From the NCBI RefSeq assembly GCF_018350175.1, contig NC_058369.1:8868001-8928000 (forward strand): a stretch of DNA of 60,000 bases, in the 5' to 3' direction. A model generated the notes under the pieces. That model was not told where the DNA came from. It did not search any database and saw only the letters and a list, made by a program, of their open reading frames with translations. The stretch is from Felis catus. Taxonomy: Eukaryota. Within the stretch, counting starts at the first letter, position 1; every line of letters starts with the position of its first letter. Position numbers and translations under genes: made by a program. Of the stretch, positions 24,979 to 38,650 are shown piece by piece.

Positions 24979-25208
24979 GGGGCGCCTGGGTGGCGCAGTC
25001 GGTTAAGCGTCCGACTTCAGCCAGGTCACGATCTCGTGGTTCGTGAGTTCGAGCCCCGTGTCGGGCTCTGGGCTGATGTCTCCTAGCCTGGAGCCTGTTT
25101 CCGATTCTGTGTCTCCCTCTCTCTCTGCCCCTCCCCCGTTCATGCTCTGTCTCGCTCTGTCCCAAAAAAAAAAAAAAAAAAAGAAAAAAAGAAAAAAAAA
25201 AAAAAGAA
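24979..25208 (+). mobile_element. Young felid SINE with long A tail
   Basis: Perfect 17-bp TSD AGAAATAAGCCACTTTT (24962-24978 and 25209-25225); about 45-nt A-rich tail. Confidence 0.9.
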
Positions 25209-25259
25209 AGAAATAAGCCACTTTTATATAGAAATAAGTAGAAATATTCTTCTTACCCA

Positions 25260-26405
25260 TGTGTGTCCTTATAATCAGCCAGACTCCACATCTTTTCATG
25301 TTTGCGGGCCGCTTACTCCTCACCACCCCCTCCCTTTCCCTTATCTCCACCGCCTGGACAAAGCGACAAGAAAGTCCAGAGGCTTAGGGTGCCTGGGTGG
25401 CTCGGTCAGTTGGGCGTCGGACTTCAGCTCAGGTCACGACCTCACGGCTCGTGGGTTCGAGCCCCGCGTCGGGCTCTGCGCTGACAGCTCGGAGCCTGGA
25501 GCCTGCTTCGGATCCTGTGTCTCCCTCTGTCTCTGTCCCTCCCCTGCTCATGCTCTGTCTCTCTTTCTCTCTCACTCTCAAAAATCAATGCACATAAAAA
25601 AAAAAAAAGGTCCAGAGGCTCCCTTATATGGCACTGGCCTCAGATTCCGAGCACACGAGTCCCTGTGTGCAAAACTCTTGCCCTGGCCCCACCCCCGACA
25701 AATATTCTTTGCTTGACCAAACTTGTGTCAGGCTCCTAAACCTTCTCGTAGGTCTATCTGGGTAGTTCCCTGTAAAATTCAGTTTTAGCAAGAACCCTGC
25801 TAGGTCAGCTGAACCAGAATCCTCCCCACCCCCTCCATGTCTGACCACCCTTGATAGCTGATCAGGTCCCCCCCCCCCCTTATCCCCCAGTTGAAAGTGA
25901 TCACCCTGGCCTGTCTTCAGTAAGAATCCTGTTAGGTCGTTTCAGCCAGAACCCTCTTACCCCTGATTTTTCTCTGAGTCCTTTTCCGTCCACTGACCTC
26001 CACCCTGTTCTCTGGCCATGAACTCCCGCCTGCCCATGCTGTGTCCAGAGTTGAACCCCATCTCGTTTCTCATCCCCTGTGAAAATCCCATCACAGGTGT
26101 CTCCACACCCGTCACGATGGTTCTGAATGAAACCATCTTAAACTCATCTGCGCTCCCATCTTTGACAAGTGCCACTGAATGTTTTTTCACTAACCCCCCA
26201 GCCACAAAGAAACCCCATTCCAGGCTCCTTTCCTTCCTTTCTGAAGCCAGTTCAGAGCTGCTTGAGAGACTGACCCTGCCCTCCCCTCCCCTGGATCTCA
26301 ATTATGTGAGTCCTGAGAGGCCTAAGCCTTTTCCTACCCTCCTGGTGTATGGGGGTGGGCCTCAGTCTTAATGCAGGAACCGCGTATCTGCATGTGACCA
26401 TATCG
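25260..26405 (+). mobile_element. 5' LTR (MER74-like) of the module B provirus remnant, interrupted by a SINE and an ERV1-type LTR
   Basis: Aligns to 45885-46260 (e.g. TTTCTGAAGCC(A/G)GTTCAGAGCTGCTTGAG, AAGCCTTTTCCT). Confidence 0.6.
25696..26195 (+). mobile_element. ERV1-type solo LTR (MER65-like, tentative) inserted into the MER74-like LTR of module B only
   Basis: Absent from the homologous LTRs in A and C. Internal repeats AGCAAGAACCCTGCTAGG / AGTAAGAATCCTGTTAGG; CCCC flanks as possible TSD. Confidence 0.55.
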
Positions 26406-26958
26406 GGTGGCCATGAGCAGCATGTCCAGACAAAACCACTGCCCGTGGGTCTGTAGTCTCTTACTCTGACTTGCTCACCTGCTCTGCCCCATGACAGTGG
26501 CATGTCCTGTGGGCTGCTAGGTCCTGGGGAGCTCATGTTATACGCTGTGCTGCCCCGTCTTGGGGCAAGCCTACCAACCCGAAGTTCTCGATTCAACCGA
26601 CCAGAGTTCTAGGATTCCTAGGCCTTTCAGAGCAAAATTGGGGCCTCCTTACAGTGGTCCTGGGTCAATGTGTTTGCAGAGATTTATCTATGCATCAGAA
26701 GGAAGCTGTGATAGGGGCAGAGTTGGCCCTGAGATATCCCCAGGGGTGGGGGTGGGAGAGAGGACTATGCAAGAGGAGGCCATATCAAGAGGTCACTCCT
26801 GAAACAGCTCCCATTTAAAAAGAGGAAGAGGTGGGTGCCTGGGTGGCTCAGTTGGTTCAGTGGTCCGACTCTTGATTTCAGCTCAGGTCATGATTTCACA
26901 GTTGTGGGGTTGAGCCCCGAGTCAGTCTCTGAATGTGGAGCCTGCTTTGGATTCTCTT

Positions 26959-26993
<35 letters not shown>

Positions 26994-27880
26994 GTTCGTG
27001 CTTGCACTCTCTCAATAAATAAATAAACTTAAAGAGAAAAAGAGGAGAAGAGAGAAGAAAGGCAGTCATTAGAATGTGCGGTAAGTCCTGATCCCACATG
27101 CTAGAGGACTCACCAGGATCTTAAACGTCTCTGCTGCTGCCTCCCTGTCCGTATTGCAGCAATGACTGTGACCCACAAGGTTCTAGAGGACAATACCCCC
27201 GGCCTCACTGCGGCACAGCAAAGGTATCAGCTGAAACTGACTTAGGTCCGGGATCTTTAAAACCTATACGCCAACAAGTCGTCACAGGGGAGTTTCCTGA
27301 TGGCACTGATTTGAGGCTCTCTGGAGGAAAAAATATACAAACATCAGGGCTGTCTCTTTCTCTGCCCTTCCCCCACTCGCACTCAAAAATACAAAACATT
27401 TAAAAAAATTTAATTAAATAAAAATTAAAAAATAAATATCAGGGTAGAGAGGACCCTCCTTTCCCTGAAGTTCATCCAGTGACCAAAAAAACCCCAAAAA
27501 GCAAAATCGGGAAGGACAGGTGGGAAGGAACAAAAGGGAAAAATACTAAAAGGTCCACAATTTTACCAAACTGGAAATCCAAAATATGCTAAAGGAAGAA
27601 TTTACACAACAAAAAAGATTGCAGGGCACTATATAAACCCTTTAAAAGACACAGGGTTTGGGGGCCTCTACAACACAGATTCCGAATTAATTTTGCCAAC
27701 TGCTTCAATGCATTAATTCCGAAACCTTCACGCAAATGATACTAAGGCTCAAATTCTATCCCAGAAAATGTAGGCAAGTTACCCCTGATAATGTAGGGGA
27801 GTTCCTGAGTATAAAATAGGGGACAAATAGATATATCTCACCTTAACCCTTTCCTCAGTTTCTTACCAGGTACATAGTTC
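26406..27880 (+). mobile_element. ERVL internal remnant (leader/gag/pro), module B; pol portion missing, replaced by L1
   Basis: Aligns to 46260-48250 (GGCACAGCAAAGG, GAAGAATTTACACAACAAAAAAGAT) and to 3900-4900 on the opposite strand. Confidence 0.65.
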
Positions 27881-28395
27881 TGGAAGAGGCGACTTTTCTA
27901 TCTTCAGTATGATGTTAGCTGTGCATTTGTCATATATGGCTTTTGTGCTATTGAGGTACATTCTTTTTTAAAAAGTTTATTTATTTTGAGATAGAGATCA
28001 TGTGCAAGTGGGGTAGGGGCAGAGAGACAGAGAGGGAGAGAGAGAATCCCAAGCAGGCCCATGCAGGACCTGATCTCACGACCCTGAGATCCAACTGAGC
28101 CACCTAGGTGCCCCGAGGTACATTCTTTCTCTACCTAATTTGTTTTATTGCATCATTAAAGGATGTTGGATGTTGTCAAATGCCTCCCCTGCACCTGCTG
28201 AGATGATCATATGACTTTTATCTTTCATCTTGTTAATTGGGTATAGCACATGTATTGATTTGCATATGTTGAACCATCCTTGCATACCAGGGATAAATCC
28301 ACTGATCAAGTTGTATAAGCCTTTTAGTGTGCTGTTGAATTTAATGTACTAGTATTTTGTAAAGGATTTTTAAAAATTTTTTAATGTTTATTTTT

Positions 28396-28440
<45 letters not shown>

Positions 28441-30686
28441 CACAAGCAGGGGAGGGGCAGAGAGAGAAGGAGACAGAGAATCTGAAGCAGGCTCCAGGCT
28501 CTGAGCTGTCAGCACAGAGCCTGACGCGGGGCTCAAACTCACAAACTGCAAGATCATGACCTGAGCCGAAGTCAGTCACCCAACTAGCTGAGCCACCCAG
28601 GCGCCCCTTAATTTTCTTTCCTTGGAGTGTCCTCGTCTGACTTTGTTATCTATGTAATGCTGGCCTCAGACACCTGGGTGGCTCAGTTGGCTAAGCATTG
28701 ATGGTACAGAGCCTGCTTGTGATTCTCTCTTTCCCTCTGTCTCTGCCCCTCCCCCTCTCACACTATTGCTGTCTGTCTCAAAATAAATACACTTTTAAAA
28801 ACTTTAATAGGGGAGCCTGGGTGGCTCTGTCGGTTAAGTGTCCGACTTAGGCTCAGGTTATGATCTCACAGTTCGTGAGTTTGAGCCCTGCATCAGGCTC
28901 TGTGCTGACAGCTGGGAGCCTGGAGCCTGCTTAGGATTCTATGCCTCCCTCTCTCTCTGCCTCTCTCCCACTCATGCCCTGTCTACCCTTTCTCTCCAAA
29001 ATAAACATTAAAAATTAAAAAAAAAAAACTTTAATAACGGGCACCTGGGTGGCTCAGTTGGTTAAGCATCCGACTTCAGCTCAGGTCATGATCTCGCAGT
29101 TCACGAGTTTGAGCCCCACATTGGGCTCTGTGCTGACAGCTCAGAGCCTGGAGCCTGCTTCGGATTCTGTGTTTCTGTCTCTCTCTCTGCCCCTGTCCTG
29201 CTCACACTCTGTCTTGCTCTTTGTCAAAAATAAATTTTAAAAAATATATTTTAAAAAAACTTTAAAAAATATAATGCTGGCCTCATAAAATGATTTTGGA
29301 AGTATTTCCTCCTTTCTAATTTGTTGCAAGAGTTTGAGAAGAGTTAGTATGAATTTTTAACTTTTTTTTTTTTTTGAGGGAGAGAGAGACAGAGCATTTG
29401 TAAGGGAGGGACAGGGAGAGAAGGAGACACAGAATCTGAAGCAGGCTCCAGGCTCTGAGCTGTCAACACAGAGCCCGATGTGGGGCTCAAACTCTCCAAC
29501 CGCCAGATCATGACCTGAGCCAAAGTTGGATGCTTAACCGACTGAGCCACCCAGGTGCCCCAGGAATTTTTTAAGTGTTGGGTAGAATTCACTAGTGAAG
29601 CCATCTGGTCCTGGGCTTTTCTTTGTTGGGAGTTTTTTTTTGATTCCTGATTCGATTTCCTTACTGAGTTTTGATTTTCTGTTTCATGATTCAGTCTTAG
29701 TAAGTTGTATGTTTAAAGGAATTTATACTTGTAGGTTATCAAATTTGTTAACATATATTTATTCATAGTAGTCTCTTACGATACTTTGAATTTCAGTGCT
29801 ATCAGTTATAATTTCTCCTTTTTACTTTCTGATTTTATTAATCTTTTCTTCATTTAGCTAAAGGTTTGTCAGCTTGGTTTATGTTTTTCTTTATTTTTTT
29901 TAAGTTTATTTATTTATTTTGAAAGAGAGAGAGAATGAGCAGGGGAGGGGCAGAGCGAGAGGGGGACCGAGGATCTGAAGCAGGCTGTGCACTGACAGCA
30001 GCGAGCCCGACGCGAGACTTGAAATCACAAACTGTGAGATCATGACCTGAGCCGAAGTCGGACGCTCAACTGACTGAGCCACCCAGGTGCCTCTCCAGTC
30101 ATTATTTCTTTTTTTTTTTAATTTTTTTTTAACATTTATTTATTTTTGAGACAGAGAGAGACAGAGCATGAACAGGGGAGGGTCAGAGAGAGAGGGAGAC
30201 ACAGAATCCGAAACAGGCTCCAGGCTCTGAGCCCTCAGCACAGAGCCCGACTCGGGGCTTGAACTCACGAACCGCGAGATCATGACCTGAGCCGAAGTCG
30301 GACGCTTAACCGACCGAGCCACCCGGGCACCCCGAGCCATTATTTCTTTAAGCGTTCTGCCATTCTCTCTTCTTCTGGAATTTCCATTATGTGCGTATTG
30401 TTTATTTTACAGGTGTCCCCTAAGTCTCATAACCTTTCTTCACTCCTTTTTGTTCATTTTTCTTTTCTCCTTCATCTGTATGATTTCTAATGACGGGTCT
30501 TCAAGTTCACAGATTCTTTCACCGTATTCATCAAGTCAGCTCTTGAGCCTCTCTGTTTGCATTTCTTTTTTTCATTTCACTTTTCCTTCAGTGCTGGAAT
30601 TTCTATTTGGGTTCTTTATGGTTTCTACTCTCTGCCATACTTCTTGCTTTGTTCATGTATTGTTTTCTTGATTTCATGGAGTTGTC

Positions 30687-31091
30687 TGTAGAGGCCGCTT
30701 TTGGACAACAGGCTTGTGCAATGGAACCACGATCAAGGCAGAAGAGCCCAAAGTGACCCCAACCCCCCTGGCTGAATACAGACGGGCCCGTCAGGCCACC
30801 CGTCTCAAAATATCCATAGGCCCTAACTGACCAATGGGCTACTTAGCTCTAGGCACAGTTACCAAAGAAGGGAAAATTCCATATGTCACTATACCCCCTT
30901 ACCTTCCCTCTCTAACAACAGCCCCCGTTCACAGCCTCCTTTGCTGTCCTGCCTGCTGCTCCCTTGCAGTGTATTCGATAAACTTCTTCATTCTGCCTCG
31001 GGTGAATCCTTTCAACTGTCCGCACCACTGGCTTCCACCCGATTGTCACCCCACGCTTGGGGGTCCCGATCTGATCGAGAGAGACACCACA
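30687..31091 (+). mobile_element. Solo LTR, 405 bp
   Basis: TG...CA termini, perfect 5-bp TSD TTGTC (30682-30686 and 31092-31096), CCAAT at ~30831, degenerate poly(A) signal GATAAA. Interrupts L1. Confidence 0.75.
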
Positions 31092-31223
31092 TTGTCTATC
31101 TGGGCTCTTGTGAAGCTTTCTGAGCTTTCTTGGAACAATTATATCAGGCAACTTGCAGATCTCTATTTCTATTGGATAGGTTACTAGAAAATTGTTGTGT
31201 TCCTTTGTTGGCATCATTTTTCC

Positions 31224-31225
<2 letters not shown>

Positions 31226-31272
<47 letters not shown>
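31226..31272. repeat. (TG)n microsatellite
   Basis: About 23 perfect TG units. Confidence 0.95.
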
Positions 31273-31273
<1 letters not shown>

Positions 31274-32399
31274 CGTTCCTTGAATTCCTTGAAGTCTCAC
31301 GTTGGTGTCTTTGCATGTGAGGAAGTAGCCACTTTCTCCAGTCTTTACTAACTCACTTTGGGAGAGAAACACCGTCACCAGTCAGCCCAGCTAAGGATTC
31401 TGAGGCTCTCTCAGATCTTTTCTACTGATGTACCTGCTTCATACCTCCAGCCCCCTCATTAGGGGTAATTCTGAAGATTATACACCTTCTTTTGATCCCT
31501 CAAAGCCAGGCCAGGTGCTGAGAGCTTCCTTTTTGTTTCCCCTAGGGTGGTACCCTGAAGTGCTCAAGTTTGTGCATTCTTCTCTCTTTTTTTCAAAGTT
31601 TTTTTTTTTTTAATTTAAATGATCTCTGTACCCAATGTGGGGCTCGAACTCACAATCCTGAGATCAAGAACTGCATGCTCTACCAACTGAGCCAGCCAGG
31701 TGCTCCTGTGCACCTTTTTCTAATCCCACTGAGTTGAGCCCTCTGAATGCATGTGCTTACAAGACATTAAGAGGCTTGTACTCACTGTCTGGGCTACAAG
31801 GGAGCGGATCATATGGGTGGGAGTGAGGTGTATGGAGTATTGAGCGTGCCCATGGGCCATTTGGGAGTGTCCACGGGCATTGCCTCCGAAGTGGCTGAAA
31901 TGCAAGCATCCAGATCAAATATGCAAGCGCTTAGTAGGATCCGCAGTCATTTGTTGAGTTCCAAGCTCTGGTTGCCTTAGGTCTTTCCAAGTCCTTCCCT
32001 GCTTCCAGCCTTCCAGCCACTCAGCTGTGTTGATATCCTCAGTATTTTCGGTGAGACAGGAAAGTGGTGAGCCTTCTGAACAGCATCCCACACCACCGGG
32101 GGAATCCAAGTGCTCTCTTATAACGTTTCACTTTCCCCATGGGGGGAATTATGGGCCAACACCGTCTCTCTTGGGAAGGAGCTGTGCTGCCTTTGGGGAG
32201 AAGGTGACACAGGTAAAATAAAACCACTCTTCTTCCCTCCTCATGGGGTCTATTCTCAGAGTTTTTGCTCCTTCGGGGTGCGTGAACTGGACCACTGGAA
32301 ATTTCCACAGAGGTACTCTCATCATTGAGTGGCTTTCAAAATCGGTGCCTGGTGGGGATACGACAGTGGAAAACTTCTATGCCACCACTTGCTGACCTC

Positions 32400-35300
32400 T
32401 CTTATTGACCCATATGATATTTGGGTGTGTGGAGATTTCCCAACCATTGTTCTGTTATTGATTTCCAAGTTAATATAATTTTGGTTTACAAGCATAATTT
32501 TCTCTCTCTCTCTCTCTCTTTCTTTCCCTTTCTTTCCTTCTTTCTTTTCTTTTCTTTTCCCTTCCTTCCTTCCTTCCTTCCTTCCTTCCTTCCTTCCTTC
32601 CTTCCTTCCTTCCTTCCTTCCTCTCCGAGTTTGTTAGGGTGTGTTTTATGGCCCAGAATGTGGTCTGGTTTGGTGGACGGTCTACATGAACCTCAGAAGA
32701 ATGTTTGGATGAGGTGTTGCATAGGTTTCAATGAAAGCCACTTGCCTGGTGGTGTTAACAGTGTCCTTCATTATCTCTGCCTGTTGGACCTGCTAATTAC
32801 TGATGGGGGCTGGTGTTGGAATCTCTGTAGTAATGGGTTCAATTATTTCTTCTTAGAGTTCTTTCAGTTTTTGCCTCGTGTGTTTTGCCCCACTGTTACA
32901 CACATACCCTTGAAGGAGTGCTGTGTCTTCTTGGAGACTTGACCCCTTTATCATTATGTAATGCTCCAAAGGTAATATACCTATACCAGCTTTCTTGTGT
33001 TCAGTGTTGGCATGCCATGGTATATCTTTTCCCATCTCTTACTTTTAATCTACGTGAATCTTTGTATGTAAAGCGTGACCCTTGTAGACAACATGTAATT
33101 GTTATTTTATTATCCACTGAGACAGTTTTTGTCTTTCCCTTGTATTTAGACCACTAATGTTTAAGAAGATTGTTTGATGAAAATCTAGGGGCACTGGGAT
33201 GACTCAGTTGATGGAGCATCCGACTTTGGCTCAGGTTATGATCTCGCGGTTCACGAGTTCAAGCCCCGCGTCGGGCTCTGCGCTGACAGCTCGGAGCCTG
33301 GAGCCTGCTTCGGATTCTGTGTCTCCTTCTGTCTCTGCCCCTCCCTCACCCGTGCTCTCTCTGTCTCTCAAAAATAAATAAGCATTAAAAAAACCCCTAT
33401 ATATTTTATTGTTTCCCATTTGCTGCCTTTGTTCTTTCTTTGTTTTCTACTTTTTTCTTCCTTCTCTGCCTTTTATTGAACATTTTACCACATTTCATTT
33501 CTTCCGCTCTCCCAGCATATCATTATACCTTTTTTAGTTGTTAGGCTCGAGTTTTGATATATATTTACAGCTAACCCAAGCCCTGTCTGAAGCAACACTA
33601 TACCACTCTCTGGATGAGGAAGTACCTCATAACAGAGTATTTCCAATTCTTCCCTCCCTGTCCCTTGTGACATTGGTGTCATTCATTTTTGTTTATAAGG
33701 TCTATGCACTGAAAATATTGCTATTACGACTTTGAACAAAGTGTTATTTGTCAGATTAAATACAAATAGCAAAAGCACGTCCTTGAATTTTACCTTCACT
33801 GATTTCTTCTCTAACATTCTCCCTTTCTTTATTACCTTCTTTCTTTTTTCTTAATTTTTTAAATGTTTATTTATTTTTGAGAAAGAGTGCAAGCAGGGGA
33901 GGGGCAGAGAGAAAGGGAGACACAAAATCCAAAGCAGACTGCAGGCTCTGAGCTGTCAGCGCAGAGCTGGACAGGGGGCTCAAACCCACGGACCGTGAGA
34001 CCCAGGACCTGAGCTGAAGTTGGACGCTCAACCGACTGAGCCACCCAGGTGCCCCCTGACGAGTTTCTTTTAACATTCCTTGGGAAGCAGGTTTTACTGA
34101 TGACAAACTCCCTCAAGTTTCGTTTGTCTCAGAAAATCTTTTTTTCTCAGTCATGTTTTTTAAGTTTATTTATTTATTTTGAAGGAGAGAGAGCAAGCAT
34201 GTGTGCACCACGAGCGGGGGAGGGGCAGGGAGCGAGGGAGAGAGAGAATCCCAAGCAGGCTCCATGCTGTCAGTACACAGCCTGATGTGGGGCTTGAACC
34301 CACGCATCGCGAGATCATGACCTGGGCTAACACCAAGAGTCGGACGCTGAACCGACTGAGCCACCCAGGCACCCTTTTCCCTCACTTTTGAAGGATAATT
34401 TTGTTTGACACAGAATTGTAGCTGGGTGTTTTTTTTTTTTTTCTTTCAATGCTTTCTATTTAACAAAACTCTTCCTACTTGCATGGTTTCTGAAAAGAAG
34501 TCAGATTTAATTCTTTTCTTTCTTTCTATATAATGAAGGTTTTCTCCCCCTAGTTTCTTTCAAGATTTTCTCTTTGCCTTTTTCCCTCAACTTTGAATAT
34601 GACATTTCTAGGTGTGCATTTCTAGGTTTTTATCCTCTTTGGTGATCCCTGGGCTTCCTGGATCTGTAGTTTGGTGTCTAACATTAATTTGGGTACTATT
34701 GTTTGACTTCTGGCCCCTGTTCCTTTCTGGTTTTCTTCTCCTTCATGTATTCCAATTATGTTTATGTTACACCTTGTATAATTGTCCCAAATTTCTTAGA
34801 TTTGTTTTGCCTTTTTCGTTTATTCTCTTTGCATTTCAGTTTTGGAAATTCTATTGACATTTCTTCAAGCCCACTGAATCCTTCCTCACATACTTCCACT
34901 GTATTCAAAAGGCCCCCAAAGGAATTCTTCATTTTTCTTCTATTGTTTTTGTTTTTGTTTTTTCATTTCATGCATATTTCTTTTGGTTCTTAGTTTTCAT
35001 CTCTGAGTAGAGTACGGGGCACCTGGGTGACCCATTTGGTTGAGTGTCCGACTTTGGCTCAGGTCATGATCTCGTGGTTTGTGAGTTAAGGTGCCCATCA
35101 AGCTCTGTGCTGACAGCTTGGAGCCTGCAGCCTGCTTCAAATTCTGTGTCTACCTCTCTCTCTGCCCCTCCCCTGCTCATGCTCTGTCTCTCAATAATAA
35201 AGAAACGTTAAAAAATTTAAAAACAAATTTTTTTAAGAATAAAAACAAAAGGGGCGCCTGGGTGGCTCAGTCGGTTAAGCGTCTGACTTCAGCTCAGGTC

Positions 35301-36680
35301 ACGATCTCGCGGTCCGTGAGTTCGAACCCCACGTCGGGCTCTGGGCTGATGGCTCGGAGCCTGGAGCCTGCTTCCAATTCTGTGTCTCTCTCTCTCTCTG
35401 CCCCTCCCCTGTTCATGCTCTGTCTCTGTCTCAAAAATAAATAAACGTTTACAAACAAAAAACAAAAAAGATTACTTATCTGTTCTTGCATGTTATCCAC
35501 TATTTCTTACTAAAACACTTAGCATATTTTTTGTTAATTTTTTTTAGAAAATTTTTTAACGTTTATTCATTTTTAAGGGACAGAGCGTGAGCTGGGGAGA
35601 GGCAGGGAGAGGAGGAGTCACAGGATCTGAAGCAGGCTCCAGGCTCTGAGCTGTCAGCACAGAGCCCGATGCAGGACTCAAACTCACGAACCATGAGTTC
35701 ATGATCTGGGCCGAAGTCAGACACTTAACCTACTGAGCCACCCAGGCACCCCTGATTTTTTTAATTAATTAATTAATTTTTTAATTTAAATTTTTAATGT
35801 TTATTTTTGAGAGAGAGAGAGACAGAGCATGAGTGAGGGAGAGACAGAGAGAGAGGGAGACCCAAATCCGAAGCAGGCTCCAGGCTCTGAACTGTCAGCA
35901 CAGAACCTGACGCAGGGCTCAAACTCATGAGCTGTGAGATCATGACTCGAGCCAAAGTCAGATGCTTAACCAACTGAGCCACCTAGGTGCCCCTTAATTT
36001 ATTTTTTGAGAGACAGAGCTAGCAGGGGAGGGGCAGAGAGAGAGAGAGATAGGGAGAGAGAGAATCCCAAGTAGGCTCTACCCTGTCAGCACAGGGCCCG
36101 ATGCAGGCCTCGAACTCAGGAACCATGAAATCATGACCTGAGCCAAAACCAAGAGTCGGACGCTTAACCGATTGAACCACCCAGTTACCCCAAAAGTGCT
36201 TAGCATATTAATCATGGTTGCTTTATGTCTCTGGTCTAATAATTGTAACATATCTGCTACATCTGAGTCGAGTTCTTTTACTTGTACAATCTCCTCAAAC
36301 TGTGTGTTTTAATAATGTTGTTGCTGTTGTTGTTCAATGCCAGGCGCGATGTGCTATGAAAAAGGAACTGAGGTAAATAGGCCTTTGGTGTAAGGGTTTG
36401 TGTTTATCTGAGTAGGGTTTAGGTTGTGTTTACTCTCTGTTGTAGCTGCCAAAGGCTAAAATGCTCTCAGGTGCCCTTTTGTCACCCATGTTATCTTTGG
36501 GGGGGTACTATAGAGACTTCTTTAAGTTCTGAAATGTACAGTTCTTTGTTTATACCACGGTTGTTAAATGGGAGTTTTCTGATGGAATGTCTTGGGTGGA
36601 GAGAAGTGTTCTACAGTCTTGATGTCACTATTTTAATGATCACATGTCTCTGGGCTGTGACCTTTGGTATAATAAGAAAA
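32400..36680 (-). mobile_element. Old LINE-1 fragments (endonuclease/ORF1 region), paralogous to 52580-54900
   Basis: Endonuclease-like peptide KKAGIGIL..EHYIMIKGSSLQED on minus. Shared blocks such as GGAACTGAGG(T/C)AAATAGGCCTTT at ~36364 and ~53329. Confidence 0.65.
32500..32621. repeat. (CT)n / (TTCC)n compound microsatellite
   Basis: Direct read; a similar (TTCC)n lies at ~43010-43066. Confidence 0.9.
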
Positions 36681-37320
36681 ATGTCTGGGGCACCTGGGGT
36701 GGCTCAGTGAGTTAAGATCTCGATCTCAGCTCGGATCTTAGAACGTTCAGCCCCGCCCCCAATCTGCAGGGAGTGGGGAGGAGCTACAGTTTGAGTGATT
36801 CACCAACCACCAATGATTTCATCCGTCGTGCCTAGCTACGCACGGAAACTTCACCCAAACCCTTAAACCTCAGGATTCAGAGAGATGCTAAGCTGGTGAA
36901 GACACCAATGTGCTGGGGGGGTGCTGTATCCAGAGAAGGCACGGGAGTTCCCTCCCCTCCCCCACCTACTTCGTCCTGCACACCCCTTCCATTGGGCTGT
37001 TCCTGACTTGTAGCTTTTAGAATCAATCAGGAATGAAAAATGAAGAGCTTCTGTGAGTTCCGGTAGTGTTTCTGCTGAATTAACAAACATGGGAGTGCAC
37101 CTAGAGACCCTCCCGGGTCGGGGCCTCCCCTTTGCAGCTGGCGGCTGATGCGGCGGCCCCTTTGTGGGCTGTGCCCTTAAACCGTAGAGTCTGATACGAA
37201 CTCTGGTTAGCGTTAGAACTGCATTGAACTGTAGGCCACCCAGCTGGTGTTGGGAGAGTTGGGGAAATCGTTTTGGAAAACACACCACACGTTGGCTGTG
37301 AGCGGTGAAAAATGACCTGT
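36660..37320 (+). mobile_element. MER21-like LTR remnant (paralog at ~54905-55218)
   Basis: Similar to recalled MER21-family text. Same position relative to the L1 in modules B and C. Confidence 0.5.
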
Positions 37321-37599
37321 GAACCTCGCAAGTCTATCTCCGTTCCCTACACCCTCACCTTAGGTCAGGCAGAAAGGCTGGGGAGAACTGGAGTTAGTTA
37401 TTTCCCTCCCTGCCCCCCCCCCCCCCCAGGTGATTCTTGAAAAACCAGTCTTTGGAGGACAGGTCTTGTTAAGAACAGACCATTGTAGGAATGTATCAAA
37501 ATGGCTATTATTTTTGGAGAAGGCAGTTTGTACTGTGACCTCAATTCTTTGATAGATCATTGATTTTTTTTTTTAAAGCTTACTTGCTTTTACCTGGTA

Positions 37600-38610
37600 A
37601 ATATAGAAATGTCACCTTCTGAACTTCTTACGTGCCAGAGAAGAAGCCAGAAGTCTCTGACTCCACTTTTAAATATTTGACTGCTGATGTACATTGGGAA
37701 AATCCAGTATTATTCTGGAGAAAACCCACTTTTCTCCTATGTGTCTCCTTTAGATTTCCCGAGAACACTTAACTTCCAACAGTTCTGGTCGCCAAACGTG
37801 TGACGCAGCTGGGGGTCCTGTAACTTAACTCGGTCTTGACCCGATCCACCTGTAGGTAGTGTCGATCCCACAGGTTAAGTGCTCAGTCCCACAGGACCTC
37901 TCCCATCCCAGTTCAGACGCCGGTCACATGAAGCAAGTCCCAACAAGGTTACTCAACAACCTCTGTCCTGCTACCAATCAGAGGTTCTCACAATCCCCTG
38001 CTTGGGTTCAGTTAATTTGTTAGAGCACCTTCCAGAAGTCAGGGAAAACTTACTTACACTTAACCAGTTTATTAAAGGATATGATAAGAGATGCAAATGA
38101 ACGGCCAGGTGAAGAGATAGGTAGGGAGAGTACTTGGAGGGCCCCTACGGACTTGGGGTATGCCACCCTCCCAGTACATGGTTGGGTCCCCCATCCCCAA
38201 AGTCTCCAAACCCCATATTACTGGGATTTTATGGAGGCTTACTAATGTAGGCATGATCAATTATTAACTCCATTTCCAGCTTCTCCCCCCTCTCTGGGGG
38301 ATGGGGGCTGGGCTAAAAATTCCAAGCTCCTAACCGTGGCTTGGACTTTCTGGCGACCAGCCCCCACCCAGGAGCCCACCCAGAGTCACCTCATTGGAAC
38401 AAAAGTTTCTCCCAGTGCTGGTATCACTTAGAAATTTACATAGTTTCGGGGCACCCGGGTGTGTCAGTCAGTTGGGCATCCAACTTCAGCTCAGGTCATG
38501 ATCTCGTGTTCCATGAGTTCGAGCCCCGCATCAGGCTCTGTGCTGACAGCTCAGAACTTGGAGTCTGCTTCAGATTCTGTGTCTCCTTCTCTGCCCCTCC
38601 CCCACTCACA

Positions 38611-38650
<40 letters not shown>

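Larger units (their letters stand above)
27890..32400 (-). mobile_element. LINE-1 (ORF2 RT, ORF1 and 5' region) on minus, interrupted by SINEs and a solo LTR
   Basis: Antisense ORF2 text (GTTGAACCATCCTTGCATACCAGGGATAAATCC; AGTGAAGCCATCTGGTCCTGGGCTTTTCTTTGTTGGGAG). Confidence 0.7.

Noticed and set aside
28375..30340. Regularly recurring repeats with unique spacers, superficially array- or CRISPR-like
   Set aside because: These are ~200-bp SINEs in mixed orientation with TSDs in mammalian DNA; no short constant repeat-spacer periodicity and no cas genes.
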